A stretch of 64,000 nt of DNA, taken from assembly GCA_009886035.1 (NCBI GenBank), contig VFJN01000099.1:19544-83543 (forward strand), in the 5' to 3' direction. This DNA is from Actinomycetota bacterium. GTDB taxonomy: Bacteria; Actinomycetota; Acidimicrobiia; Acidimicrobiales; VFJN01. The notes under the pieces are model-generated. The model saw nothing but the letters and a program-made list of their open reading frames with translations, had not been told where the DNA came from and ran no database searches. Positions 17,791-27,392 of this stretch are shown piece after piece (position 1 is the stretch's first letter; each line of letters begins with the position of its first letter). A program made the translations under genes and the position numbers.

Positions 17791-18747
17791 ATGGCTTCAG
17801 GTAATCACCACCGGATCTTTACCGGCATGGCTCTCGGGCTCTTGGCCATTGGCCTCGTAACGACGCCACAGGGATTGCTCGACCCGGCGGTGTCGCCGAC
17901 GGCCACCGTGCCGGGTGCACCCACCATCGGCACTGCGACCCCCGGTAAGGAACAGGCCACCGTGTCCTGGACCGCCCCGGCCTCCAACGGCGGCAGCGAG
18001 ATCACCGGGTACTTGATCACCCCGTTCATCGGTTACGACGAACAACCCAGCACCCGGGTCAGTTCGGCCCCCACCACCCAGACCGTCATCGGACTATCCG
18101 GTGGCATCCGCTACCGATTCCGGGTGAAGGCCATCAACGCGGTCGGTAACGGCATTTACTCCAAGGCCTCCGCCGTGATTACCGTTTTAGGGAACTCTGC
18201 GACGGCTCCCGAAACCACCGCTGGCGCGGACCTGACCCCACCCGCGGCGCCCACCATCGGCGCCGCCACTGCCGGTGAGGCCAGCGCCACCGTCTCCTGG
18301 ACGGCGCCGACATCAGACGGAGGATCCACCATCACCGGGTACGCCGTAACCCCCTACCAGGGCCTTTCAGCCGAGACGCCCCGCACCTTTGCGACCACCG
18401 ACACCACCCAAACGATCGTCGGTCTCACCGCCGGAAGTGCCTACCGGTTCCGGGTTCAGGCCATCAACGGCATCGGGACCGGCCCCTATTCGCAGACCAG
18501 TGACGAGGTGACCCCCGCCGCGGTTGCCGATGCCAAGGGCGAAGTCATCGTTGAGCGGGGCGATTCGTTCTGGACACTGGCGGCGGGGGTGGTGGAGGAG
18601 AAGTTGGGTAGTGAACCCACGAACCGGGTCATCGCTGATTACTGGCTGATACTCATCGAAGCCAACCGGGATCGGCTCGTGCACCCCAACAATCCCGACC
18701 TGATTTACCCCGGTCAAACCCTGGTCCTCCCTCCCGTAGGGATCTGA
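17791..18747 (+). CDS. secreted protein with two fibronectin type III domains and a C-terminal LysM domain
   Basis: Hydrophobic N-terminus. Two about 95-aa repeats (APTIG.AT.G...ATVSWTAP.S.GGS.ITGY..TP......YRFRV.AIN..G.G.YS) fit FN3. The C-terminus VIVERGDSFWTLAA...LIYPGQTLVLP fits LysM. GAGGA lies 6 nt upstream of the ATG. Confidence 0.8.
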   Translation: MASGNHHRIFTGMALGLLAIGLVTTPQGLLDPAVSPTATVPGAPTIGTATPGKEQATVSWTAPASNGGSEITGYLITPFIGYDEQPSTRVSSAPTTQTVIGLSGGIRYRFRVKAINAVGNGIYSKASAVITVLGNSATAPETTAGADLTPPAAPTIGAATAGEASATVSWTAPTSDGGSTITGYAVTPYQGLSAETPRTFATTDTTQTIVGLTAGSAYRFRVQAINGIGTGPYSQTSDEVTPAAVADAKGEVIVERGDSFWTLAAGVVEEKLGSEPTNRVIADYWLILIEANRDRLVHPNNPDLIYPGQTLVLPPVGI

Positions 18748-18778
18748 GCCACTCCCGCCGCAGACACCCCGGCACCCG

Positions 18779-20929
18779 CTAGCTCTTGAAGAGAAAGGCC
18801 TCATCCTCAGGGTCGAGAAAGAGGCGAAGTTCCTCTTTGAGATCAGGGGTTTCCGAGAGGGTGGCATCCTCGGTCACGAGGCGCTCCGCCACGTCACGGG
18901 CGAGGTGCACCAGCGCACGATCACGGCGGAGGGAGGCCAGTTTGAGGTCGCTCCGGCCCTTCTGACGCTCGCCGAACACGGCCCCCTCCCCCCGAATGTC
19001 CAGATCCACCTCGGCCAGTTCGAAACCGTCATCGCTGCGCACCAACGCCTCGAGACGGGCGTTACCTTGGGCCCGTTCCTCGTCGTCGCCCACCGCCCCG
19101 GCGTCACCGGTCACCAGGAAGCAGAACGACGCGTTGGCCCCCCGCCCCACCCGCCCCCGCAGTTGGTGGAGTTGGGCGATGCCGAAACGGTCGGCATCGA
19201 GCACCACCATCACGGTGGCGTTGGCCACATCCACCCCGACCTCGATCACTGTGGTGGCGACGAGCACCTGCACCCGACCCTCCCGAAAGGCGGTCATCGT
19301 GGCTTCTTTCTCGGTCGAGGGCAGCCGACCGTGCAGGATTCCGAGGCGCAATCCCGAGAGATCGTGGGTTTCCAGGCGCTCGAAGGTCTCCTCCACCGAC
19401 GCAACCTCAAGTTTCTCGCTCTCCCCGATCAGCGGACACACCACATAGGCCTGACGCCCCGCGAGTACCTCCTCGCGCACCTTGGCCCAGACCGCCCCTT
19501 GCGCATCGCCTCCCCGGGCCCATTCGGTGATGATGGGCAATCGCCCCCCCGGTTTCTCGCCCAGGATCGACACGTCGAGATCGCCGTAGACCGTCATGGC
19601 GGCGGTGCGGGGGATCGGCGTGGCGGTCATCACGAGCACGTCAGGTACGGCATCGCCGTTCGCTTTGGCCTTGAGGGCCGCCCGTTGCTCCACCCCGAAG
19701 CGGTGTTGTTCGTCGATAACCACCACTCCGAGGCTCCGGAACGCCACCGTCTCCTGGATCAAGGCGTGGGTGCCCACGACCACGTCGATCTCCCCGGCAG
19801 CCAGGGCCGCCAGCAGGCGCTGACGGTCCTTACCCGTCACCCGGTTCGTGAGGAGATCCACCCGCAGCGGTCGGTCCTCGAAGAGCGACGATTCTTCATC
19901 GGGCACCGTGATTCCCTTCACCAACGGCACCATCCCGGCAAAGTGCTGCTCGGCCAGTACCTCCGTCGGTGCCATGAAGGCTCCCTGATGCCCACCCTGC
20001 ACCGCCGTGAGCAGGGCGGCGATCGCCACCACCGTTTTCCCGGCCCCCACATCACCCTGCAGTAACCGGTGCATCGGGATCGAGCCCCCCAGATCGGCCG
20101 TGATCTCAGCAATAACGGTGGTCTGGTGGGAGGTGAGGGCAAACGGGAGGGCTGCCAGAAACCGGGCGAGAAGGACTCCGGACGTGTTGTGCTCCAGGCC
20201 CTGACTGGATGTCTCGATGCTGCGCTTGCGCATCACGAGAGCCAGTTGGATTCGCAACAGTTCGTCGAACGCCAGCCGCCGGCGGGCCTCGTGGGCCTGA
20301 ACCATCGTCTCGGGGAGGTGCACCCCGTTAAAGGCGGCGGTTCGATCCACGAACCCGTGCTCCTCGAGTACCCACGCCGGCAACGGTTCCACCAAGGTCT
20401 TCGCACGCCGCAGCGCTTCGAGTTGCCAGCCCCGAAAATCCCGGGAGTAGAGCCGTAGTTTGTCGGATTGAGGATAGATGGCGGTGATCTGCCGACGATC
20501 TTCCTCGTCGAGCAGGTCCACCTCGGGGTTAGCCAACTGCTTCTGGCCCCGGTACTCGGTGAGCTTGCCGAAGAAAAGTGCCTCGGAGCCGTCGGGAAAC
20601 TGACGAACCCGCCACGGCTGGTTGAAGAAGGTGATGCGCAGAAACCCCGAGCCGTCGCTGATGCGCAACTCGGTGCGGCCCCGTCCCCGGCCCCGACCCG
20701 GCACGGTGGCCGACGACACCACCTTGCCGAAGACCCAGGCCGACTCGTCCACTCGCAAATCCCGGATGGACGACTGTTTCGTCTTGTCGATGTAGCGCCG
20801 GGGATAGTGCGTGAGCAGGTCAAAGATGGAGGAAACCCCGATCTTCGCCAGTGTCTTGGACCGCTCCGGGCCCACCCCGGCGAGCACGGTGACACTGAAG
20901 CCCTCGAGATCGCTGAGGCGCTTGGCCAC
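18779..20929 (-). CDS. recG: ATP-dependent DNA helicase RecG
   Basis: Walker A GDVGAGKT, DEQH box (VVIDEQHRFG) and an N-terminal wedge/OB region. A GTG at 20929 overlaps the yloV TAG stop by 1 nt. The longer ORF start at 21016 would overlap yloV. Confidence 0.92.
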   Translation of the reverse strand: MAKRLSDLEGFSVTVLAGVGPERSKTLAKIGVSSIFDLLTHYPRRYIDKTKQSSIRDLRVDESAWVFGKVVSSATVPGRGRGRGRTELRISDGSGFLRITFFNQPWRVRQFPDGSEALFFGKLTEYRGQKQLANPEVDLLDEEDRRQITAIYPQSDKLRLYSRDFRGWQLEALRRAKTLVEPLPAWVLEEHGFVDRTAAFNGVHLPETMVQAHEARRRLAFDELLRIQLALVMRKRSIETSSQGLEHNTSGVLLARFLAALPFALTSHQTTVIAEITADLGGSIPMHRLLQGDVGAGKTVVAIAALLTAVQGGHQGAFMAPTEVLAEQHFAGMVPLVKGITVPDEESSLFEDRPLRVDLLTNRVTGKDRQRLLAALAAGEIDVVVGTHALIQETVAFRSLGVVVIDEQHRFGVEQRAALKAKANGDAVPDVLVMTATPIPRTAAMTVYGDLDVSILGEKPGGRLPIITEWARGGDAQGAVWAKVREEVLAGRQAYVVCPLIGESEKLEVASVEETFERLETHDLSGLRLGILHGRLPSTEKEATMTAFREGRVQVLVATTVIEVGVDVANATVMVVLDADRFGIAQLHQLRGRVGRGANASFCFLVTGDAGAVGDDEERAQGNARLEALVRSDDGFELAEVDLDIRGEGAVFGERQKGRSDLKLASLRRDRALVHLARDVAERLVTEDATLSETPDLKEELRLFLDPEDEAFLFKS

Positions 20930-22611
20930 TACTCGATGCCGAAGAGATAGGGGTAGAGGGGCTGGCCGCCGTGGTGCACCTCGGCAGTTACCCCCTCGCG
21001 GTGTGCGCCCAACCACTCGGTGAGGTGCCGCGTGGTGCCAGCATTGGCACCCTCGCCTTCGATGATCGTCACGATCTCGTGGTCCGGCCCCACGAGGAGA
21101 TCGAGGAGTGCCACCGCCCCGGCGGCGAGGTCCACCTCCACCGCCACGATGCCTTCGCCCGCAATACCCAACCAGTCGCCCGTGGCGATGGGCCCCGCGT
21201 CACAACTCGACTGTCTCACGGCTTGGGTGATCTCACCGGCCACCATGCCCGCCGCCGCTTCGCTCATCGCCACGGCGTTTTCTGGGCCACCGGCCTCCGG
21301 GTCGTAGGCCAACAGGGCGGCGAAGCCCTCGGTGATGCCCTTGGTAGGGAGCACGACCACCGTTTTGCTCGTGTGATCATTTACCTGCTGGGCCACCGGA
21401 ATGATGTTCTTGTTGTTCGGCAGAATCACCACCTGATCAGCCGGCACGGCCTCCACGGCGGCGATGAGTTCGGCGGTCGAGGGATTCATGGACTGACCCC
21501 CCGTGACGATGCCCTGCACCCCTAAGGAGTAGAAGATGCGTCGGATGCCCTCACCGGTGGCCACGGCCACCACGGCGCAGGTCACGGGGGTCTGGAGGTG
21601 CTCCGGCACCTCGTCGAGAGCGCCTGAATCGGTGGCGTCGCGCACCCAGCGCTCTTCCTCCACCTGCTCAATAAGGTCCGTCACGCGGATCTGGCGAGGA
21701 GTGCCGATGTCGATGGCGGCCTCGATGGAAGCACCGATGTCGTCGGTGTGGATATGGCAGTTCCACAGGCCATCACCCCCCACCACCACGATGGAATCGC
21801 CGATCCCGGCCCACACGTCCTTGAAAGCGGGAATCGAGGCATCGGGGGCGTCGAGGAAATACATGACCTCGTAACGGAGATCGGCGAGGCCCCCGAGGCC
21901 CCCGGGCTCGACCAGCCCGGTGCCCGTGGCGGCCACCGCCGGCGTGTCGAACTCCACCGGCTCGGGCACCGGACGCCCATCGGCGATGTTGAGCAGCACG
22001 TCGAGGAGCAGGAGAAAGCCAGCCCCCCCGGCATCCACCACTCCGGCGGCTTTGAGAACGGGCAGCATATCGGGGGTGCGGGCGAGCGCATCGGTGCCCT
22101 GAGCCAGCGCTGCCTCCAGCATCCCCACCAGGTCCGCACCCCCCGCGGCGGCCACCACGGCGGCCTCCGAAGCTTCTCGGGCCACCGTCAAGATGGTGCC
22201 CTCCACCGGCCGCATCACCGCCTCGTAGGCGGCGCTGGCCGCCTCGGCGAGGGCGAGTGAGCCACTGTTGGCATCGAACCCGCCGGCTTCTGCCACCACC
22301 GTGGCCATTCCCCGGAGAAGTTGGCTCAAAATGACACCTGAGTTCCCCCGGGCCCCCATGAGCGAGCCGTGGCTGATGGCCTTGCAGACGGCGTCGAGGT
22401 CTTCCCCGGCCCCTGAAAGTTCCTCGGCCACCGCCGTGAGCGTGAGGGCCATGTTCGTTCCGGTGTCGCCATCGGGTACCGGGTAGACATTCAGCCTGTT
22501 GATGCCCGCTTTGTGCGCAACCAACGCATCGCGATACCCCACCACCACCGCGCCGAGGTCGCGGGCACCGAGCCGGGTCAGAGAAGTCATCGCTCGCAAT
22601 ACTAGGAGCAC
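20929..22611 (-). CDS. yloV: DAK2 domain fusion protein YloV
   Basis: 560 aa with an N-terminal Dak2 motif (YPVPDGDTGTNM) plus a C-terminal DegV-like half. yloV-recG synteny with divergent rpmB is widely conserved. The start is either GTG 22611 or ATG 22590. Confidence 0.9.
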   Translation of the reverse strand: MLLVLRAMTSLTRLGARDLGAVVVGYRDALVAHKAGINRLNVYPVPDGDTGTNMALTLTAVAEELSGAGEDLDAVCKAISHGSLMGARGNSGVILSQLLRGMATVVAEAGGFDANSGSLALAEAASAAYEAVMRPVEGTILTVAREASEAAVVAAAGGADLVGMLEAALAQGTDALARTPDMLPVLKAAGVVDAGGAGFLLLLDVLLNIADGRPVPEPVEFDTPAVAATGTGLVEPGGLGGLADLRYEVMYFLDAPDASIPAFKDVWAGIGDSIVVVGGDGLWNCHIHTDDIGASIEAAIDIGTPRQIRVTDLIEQVEEERWVRDATDSGALDEVPEHLQTPVTCAVVAVATGEGIRRIFYSLGVQGIVTGGQSMNPSTAELIAAVEAVPADQVVILPNNKNIIPVAQQVNDHTSKTVVVLPTKGITEGFAALLAYDPEAGGPENAVAMSEAAAGMVAGEITQAVRQSSCDAGPIATGDWLGIAGEGIVAVEVDLAAGAVALLDLLVGPDHEIVTIIEGEGANAGTTRHLTEWLGAHREGVTAEVHHGGQPLYPYLFGIE

Positions 22612-22717
22612 TGGCGTCCCCGCTCTGGGTTGGCGACACTCCCCCCCGCCCCGGTAGCCTCACCCGGTCCTGAAGACCGGTCAGACGGCCGGTCCCGATG
22701 CATCGAGGTTCGTAGTC

Positions 22718-22927
22718 ATGGCTGCTGTGTGCGAGGTCTGCGGGAAGCACCCGTCGTTCGGAATGAACGTGAGTCACTCGCATCGGCGCACGAAGCGCCG
22801 TTGGAACCCGAACATCCAGAAGATCCGTGCGGTGGTCAACGGGACGCCCAAGCGCGTCCATGTGTGCACCGGCTGCATCAAGGCGGGCAAGATCACCAAG
22901 CACGTCCGCAGCGCCCGCCCCGCTTAG
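22718..22927 (+). CDS. rpmB: 50S ribosomal protein L28
   Basis: [35 protein letters not shown] is a canonical L28 sequence. Confidence 0.93.
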   Translation: MAAVCEVCGKHPSFGMNVSHSHRRTKRRWNPNIQKIRAVVNGTPKRVHVCTGCIKAGKITKHVRSARPA

Positions 22928-23050
22928 CCCTTCCCCCCGGCTCGCCCCGCCGGTCGCCGACCGGAGTGGTTCGTGCCCTCTCCGCTGGCCGGTCGAGAAA
23001 CTGGCGCACTACTGTCACCCTCACCCAGAACCCTTCGAAGGAGCCGGTTG

Positions 23051-23305
23051 ATGCAGGGAGTGGTGAAGTCGTACGACCCAGGATCAGGCGACGGGGTGGT
23101 GCTCTGCGACACCGACTTCCGGGAGTATGAACTCGCCGCCGACGCGCTGGTGGGTTCGGTGTTCCGGATGCTGCGCCAAGGCCAGCGCGTGATCTTCGAC
23201 CTTGACGAGGGAACCTTGGCCACCCGGCTGCGGCTGGGCTCAGAGATCGACATGGGAACCCCTGGCTTCGGAGGAATCCCGGACATCCCTGTACAAACTG
23301 ACTGA
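23051..23305 (+). CDS. small cold-shock-domain-like (OB-fold) protein, hypothetical
   Basis: An internal ATG at 23051 is preceded by GAAGGAG. MQGVVKSYDPGSGDGVVLCDTD...QGQRVIFDL resembles the CSD layout but lacks the RNP motifs. Confidence 0.5.
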   Translation: MQGVVKSYDPGSGDGVVLCDTDFREYELAADALVGSVFRMLRQGQRVIFDLDEGTLATRLRLGSEIDMGTPGFGGIPDIPVQTD

Positions 23306-23321
23306 CCCCCCTCCCCCCCCC
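23306..23321 (+). repeat. C6-T-C9 homopolymeric tract 17 nt upstream of the pckG start codon
   Basis: Read directly: gaccccccctcccccccccgagcccc. The complementary strand carries consecutive G runs. Confidence 0.9.
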
Positions 23322-23338
23322 GAGCCCCGGAGTTACTC

Positions 23339-25141
23339 ATGCCTGGAACCACTACCCACCAGAAGCTGACCGACTGGGTTGAGCACTGGACCGCCGTCCT
23401 AACCCCGGACCGCGTCGAATGGTGCGACGGCTCCGAAGAGGAGTGGGAGCGGCTCACGCAACTCCTCGTCGACGGTGGCACCTTCACCCGCCTCACCAAC
23501 GCCAAGCGTCCGAATAGTTTTCTCGCCCTGTCCGACCCCGGCGACGTGGCCCGGGTGGAGGACCGCACGTTCATCAACGCCGAGCGCGAACTCGACGCTG
23601 GCCCCACCAACAACTGGCGCCCACCGGCGGAAATGAAGGACGAACTCACCTCTCTCTACACCGGGGCCATGCGCGGCCGCACCCTCTATGTGGTGCCGTT
23701 CTCGATGGGTCCCCTGGGCTCCCCCATCGCCCACATCGGCGTACAACTCTCCGACTCGGCCTACGTGGCGGTGAACATGCGGATCATGACCCGCATGGGC
23801 CAGCCTGTGCTCGATGTGCTCGGCCACGACGGCGAGTTCGTGCCCTGTGTGCACTCGGTGGGCTACCCCCTCGTCCTGGCCGACGGCACCACTCGCCCCG
23901 ATGTGCCCTGGCCCTGCGACGCCGAGAATCGGTACATCAGTCACTTCCCCGAGACCCGCGAGATCTGGAGTTACGGCTCCGGCTACGGCGGCAATGCCCT
24001 GCTCGGGAAAAAGTGCTTTGCCCTCCGGATCGCGTCCACGATGGCCCGCGACGACGGCTGGATGGCCGAGCACATGCTCGTGCTGGGAATCACCTCACCG
24101 ACCGGCGATAAAACCTACGTGGCTGCCGCCTTCCCCTCGGCTTGCGGCAAGACCAACATGGCGATGCTGATCCCCACCCTGCCGGGTTGGAAGGTGGAGA
24201 CCATCGGCGACGACATCGCCTGGATGAAGTTCGGCGACGACGGCCGCCTCTACGCCATCAACCCGGAAGCCGGGTTCTTTGGTGTCGCCCCGGGCACCGG
24301 CAACGACACCAACCCCAACGCCATCGCATCGCTCCAGCGCAACTCCATTTTCACCAACGTGGCCCTCACCGACGACGGCGACGTGTGGTGGGAGGGCATG
24401 TCGACGCCGCCAGAGCACGCAATCGACTGGAAGGGCAACCACTGGACCCCCGCCTCCGGCGCCCCCGCCGCCCATCCGAACGCTCGCTTCACCGCCCCCG
24501 CCTCACAATGTCCCTCCATCGCCCCCGAGTGGGAGGACCCCAATGGGGTGCCGATCTCGGCCATCCTCTTCGGCGGCCGCCGGGCCACCAACGTTCCCCT
24601 GGTCACGGAGAGCTTCGACTGGGACCATGGGGTATTCCTCGGTTCCATCATGAGTTCGGAAACCACCGCCGCCCAGCAGGGGGCGGTGGGGAACCTCCGG
24701 TTCGACCCCTTTGCCATGCTCCCGTTTTGTGGCTACGACATGGGCCAGTACTTCCAACACTGGCTCGACATCGGCCAGCACGCGGGCGCTGACCTCCCGA
24801 AGTTGTTCTGGGTGAACTGGTTCCGCAAGGGCGACGACGGCTCGTATCTGTGGCCTGGCTTCGGCGAGAACAGCCGGGTGCTCAAGTGGGTCGTCGAGCG
24901 AGTGGCCGGCGCCCCCAACGCCATCGACACCCCCATTGGGCGAGTACCCGCCCCGGGATCCTTGGATACCGACGGGCTCTCGATCGACGAGGACACCCTG
25001 GCGGAACTGCTCCAGGTCGACGTGAACTCCTGGCGGACCGAAGTGCCCCAACTTGAGGAGCACTACGCCACCATCGGCGCCACCCTCCCCCAGAGTCTGC
25101 GCGACAAACTCCAAGACCTCGAAAAGCGCCTCGCCCAGTAA
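23339..25141 (+). CDS. pckG: phosphoenolpyruvate carboxykinase (GTP)
   Basis: 600 aa with [12 protein letters not shown] (kinase-1a) and [16 protein letters not shown], the GTP-PEPCK pattern. Confidence 0.95.
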   Translation: MPGTTTHQKLTDWVEHWTAVLTPDRVEWCDGSEEEWERLTQLLVDGGTFTRLTNAKRPNSFLALSDPGDVARVEDRTFINAERELDAGPTNNWRPPAEMKDELTSLYTGAMRGRTLYVVPFSMGPLGSPIAHIGVQLSDSAYVAVNMRIMTRMGQPVLDVLGHDGEFVPCVHSVGYPLVLADGTTRPDVPWPCDAENRYISHFPETREIWSYGSGYGGNALLGKKCFALRIASTMARDDGWMAEHMLVLGITSPTGDKTYVAAAFPSACGKTNMAMLIPTLPGWKVETIGDDIAWMKFGDDGRLYAINPEAGFFGVAPGTGNDTNPNAIASLQRNSIFTNVALTDDGDVWWEGMSTPPEHAIDWKGNHWTPASGAPAAHPNARFTAPASQCPSIAPEWEDPNGVPISAILFGGRRATNVPLVTESFDWDHGVFLGSIMSSETTAAQQGAVGNLRFDPFAMLPFCGYDMGQYFQHWLDIGQHAGADLPKLFWVNWFRKGDDGSYLWPGFGENSRVLKWVVERVAGAPNAIDTPIGRVPAPGSLDTDGLSIDEDTLAELLQVDVNSWRTEVPQLEEHYATIGATLPQSLRDKLQDLEKRLAQ

Positions 25142-25236
25142 TCCCCCGCCCGGCCGGACCGTACACCCGCCCGTGCCCCATGACGGGTGGCCTCCGGTCG
25201 CTACAGTGCTCTCATCCGACCACCCGTGGAGGCACC

Positions 25237-25473
25237 GTGGCTGTCACCGCCTACGTCCTGATCCAAACCGAGGTCGGCAAGGCCGCCCGCGTGGCCCAAG
25301 AGGTGAACGCCATTGACGGCGTGGTGTCGGCCGAGGACGTCACCGGCCCCTACGACGTCATTGCCCGAGCCGAAGCCGCCACGCTGGAGGAACTCGGGCG
25401 GATGGTGGTGGGTCGGGTCCAGATGATCGATGGGATCACCCGAACTCTCACCTGCCCGGTCGTTCACCTCTGA
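25237..25473 (+). CDS. stand-alone Lrp/AsnC ligand-binding (RAM) domain protein
   Basis: A GTG at 25237 is preceded by GGAGG. VAVTAYVLIQTEVGKAARVAQEVNAIDGVVSAEDVTGPYDVIARAEA fits the AsnC_trans_reg fold. No HTH domain is present. Confidence 0.7.
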   Translation: MAVTAYVLIQTEVGKAARVAQEVNAIDGVVSAEDVTGPYDVIARAEAATLEELGRMVVGRVQMIDGITRTLTCPVVHL

Positions 25474-25479
25474 GTGGCC

Positions 25480-25866
25480 TCAGGGCCCCGGCGGCAGCGG
25501 AATCGCCGAAACGGACAGGCCCCGCAGCGCTAGTCCCATCATGAACAGGCCCCCGAGGCCGTACAGCAGCCAGAGATGCTCTCGTCGCACCTGGTCGCGA
25601 TAGCTGTAGATGATCCCGATGGCCGCCAGGCCCGAGAAGCCGTACAACGTGTGAAACGGCGCCACCTCAAACTCCTCGATCGCCACGAGGCTCACACCCC
25701 CGCAGACCTCCACCACCATCGTGGCCTGGGCCACCCCGGTAGCCCACCACAGGGCCCCAGTGCGCCAGCGGGGGCGGTAATAGCCCACGAGGGCCCACAC
25801 CCCCGCCGCGGCGTTGGTGGCCACCACGACCCACGCAAAACCGGCGTGGAACTGGAGCAGCGTCAT
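25480..25866 (-). CDS. small integral membrane protein (about 4 TM), hypothetical
   Basis: An internal ATG at 25866 gives MTLLQFHAGFAWVVVATNAAAGVW... It starts 11 nt after the stop of the upstream ABM gene. Confidence 0.5.
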   Translation of the reverse strand: MTLLQFHAGFAWVVVATNAAAGVWALVGYYRPRWRTGALWWATGVAQATMVVEVCGGVSLVAIEEFEVAPFHTLYGFSGLAAIGIIYSYRDQVRREHLWLLYGLGGLFMMGLALRGLSVSAIPLPPGP

Positions 25867-25876
25867 GGCGGTGGGA

Positions 25877-26215
25877 TCAACTCGGCGATCCGGCGGAACC
25901 ACCCGCCACGGTGTAGCTCCAAATCTCCGAGGCCATCGCCGCCGGACGAGGACCGGCCCCTTGATCATCGGGCTGCGCCTCGCGTTGGTGGCCGGCACCG
26001 AAAGCGGGAGAGCTCACCCAGGCGTTGAAGGCGTCGTCGTCGCGCCACCGGGTGAGCACGAGCCAGGTGGTGCGTTCATCGGTCGGCTTCAGTAGTTCGA
26101 AGCCTTCGAAGCCGTCCTGCCCATCGACGGCACCGGCCCGCTGGGCGAAACGCTCGGCGAGTTCGTCCCCGCTATCGGTGGCAACGGTAATGGCGTTGAT
26201 CTTGATGATGGTCAC
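25877..26215 (-). CDS. antibiotic-biosynthesis-monooxygenase (ABM) fold protein, MhuD/IsdG-like
   Basis: A GTG at 26215 gives VTIIKINAITVATDSGDELAERFAQRAGAVDGQDGFEGFELLKP...LTRWRDDDAFNAW. From memory this resembles mycobacterial MhuD (PVVKINAIEVPAGAGPELEKRFAHRAHAV). Confidence 0.65.
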   Translation of the reverse strand: MTIIKINAITVATDSGDELAERFAQRAGAVDGQDGFEGFELLKPTDERTTWLVLTRWRDDDAFNAWVSSPAFGAGHQREAQPDDQGAGPRPAAMASEIWSYTVAGGSAGSPS

Positions 26216-26282
26216 CTCGTCATGGTTGCCCACCGAGTCGGTCGGGCGCCAAGCCGCGTCGCCCGTAATCGCCCGCTCCCGC

Positions 26283-27392
26283 CTACCAAGCTGCCTGGAG
26301 GATCCCGAGGGCATCACCTTCCGAAACGGGCCGAGGATTGCGGGCCACGTTGGCGTTCGACTGCGTCAGGCGGGCCATCACCGCGAGATCGGCCTCCTCC
26401 ACCCCTGCCTCCGACAGGGTGGCGGGCAGGCCGAGAGCAGCCCGCAGGCGGTCCACCGCACCCGCCGTATCCCCCTCGACCCCGAGCGCCGCCCCCACCC
26501 GCTCCACCGCCGCGGGCACGGCCGCTGCGTTGTACCCGATGGTGTGCGTGAGCAGCACGGCATTGGCCAGTCCGTGGGAGATGCCGCTGCGTCCGCCCAC
26601 GATCTGGGCCAGACCGTGGTGCAGGCCCATGCCGGCGTTGAGCAAACTCCGACCGGCGAGGCAGGCACCCTCGAGCATCACGGTGCGCGCCTCGAGGTCC
26701 TCGGGTGCTCCCACCACGGCGGGCAGCGCCCCGCTGATCAGCCCAACTCCGGCCAGGGCAATGGCTTCGGCCTCGGGGCTCCGGCGGGACGACCACACCG
26801 CCTCCACACAATGAGCCAGTGCGTTCATCCCGGTCTCGGCCGCCACCCGAGGCGGCATCGATAGGGTAAGCCGAGGGTCGTAGATCACGCTGACCGGGGC
26901 GCTGGTCGCACCGCCCGCTCCCTGTTTCTGGCCGGTAGCCAGATCGGTCATCCCGAAGAACGGGGTGACTTCGGCCCCCGAGTAGGTGGTGGGAATACTG
27001 ATGTGGGGCACAAGGGGGCGATCCAGGTGGCTAGCGCCGGCCATTCCGGCTTCCTGCTCGAGGAAAAAACACACGGCCTTCGCCAGGTCGGCGCACGAGC
27101 CGCCGCCGAACGAGATGACAAGGTCGATGCCGTCCCGGCGAGCCTGCACCACGGCGTGACGCACCACGGGCACTGGAACGTGCGGGGCAACCTCAGTGAA
27201 GGTGGAGGCCAGGGAGCGGCCGAGGATGGACTCCACCTGGGCGCCCTCCGCCGAGGCCAGGCGCCCCGCGGTGGTCACGAGCAGCGCCTGGCGGGCGCCG
27301 GTGACCTTGACGAGGGCCCGAAGGTGCTCGAGGGTCCCGGGGCCGAACACAATCTGCTGCGCGAGAGCCGTGTGGGTCCAGAGGGGGGGCAT
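26283..27392 (-). CDS. iron-containing alcohol dehydrogenase family (maleylacetate reductase-like)
   Basis: An ATG at 27392 overlaps the upstream TGA by 1 nt (TGATG). Fe-ADH pattern: LLVTT.GR, ISFGGGSCADLAKA, and His-rich LHHGLAQ...SHGLANA. Confidence 0.8.
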   Translation of the reverse strand: MPPLWTHTALAQQIVFGPGTLEHLRALVKVTGARQALLVTTAGRLASAEGAQVESILGRSLASTFTEVAPHVPVPVVRHAVVQARRDGIDLVISFGGGSCADLAKAVCFFLEQEAGMAGASHLDRPLVPHISIPTTYSGAEVTPFFGMTDLATGQKQGAGGATSAPVSVIYDPRLTLSMPPRVAAETGMNALAHCVEAVWSSRRSPEAEAIALAGVGLISGALPAVVGAPEDLEARTVMLEGACLAGRSLLNAGMGLHHGLAQIVGGRSGISHGLANAVLLTHTIGYNAAAVPAAVERVGAALGVEGDTAGAVDRLRAALGLPATLSEAGVEEADLAVMARLTQSNANVARNPRPVSEGDALGILQAAW

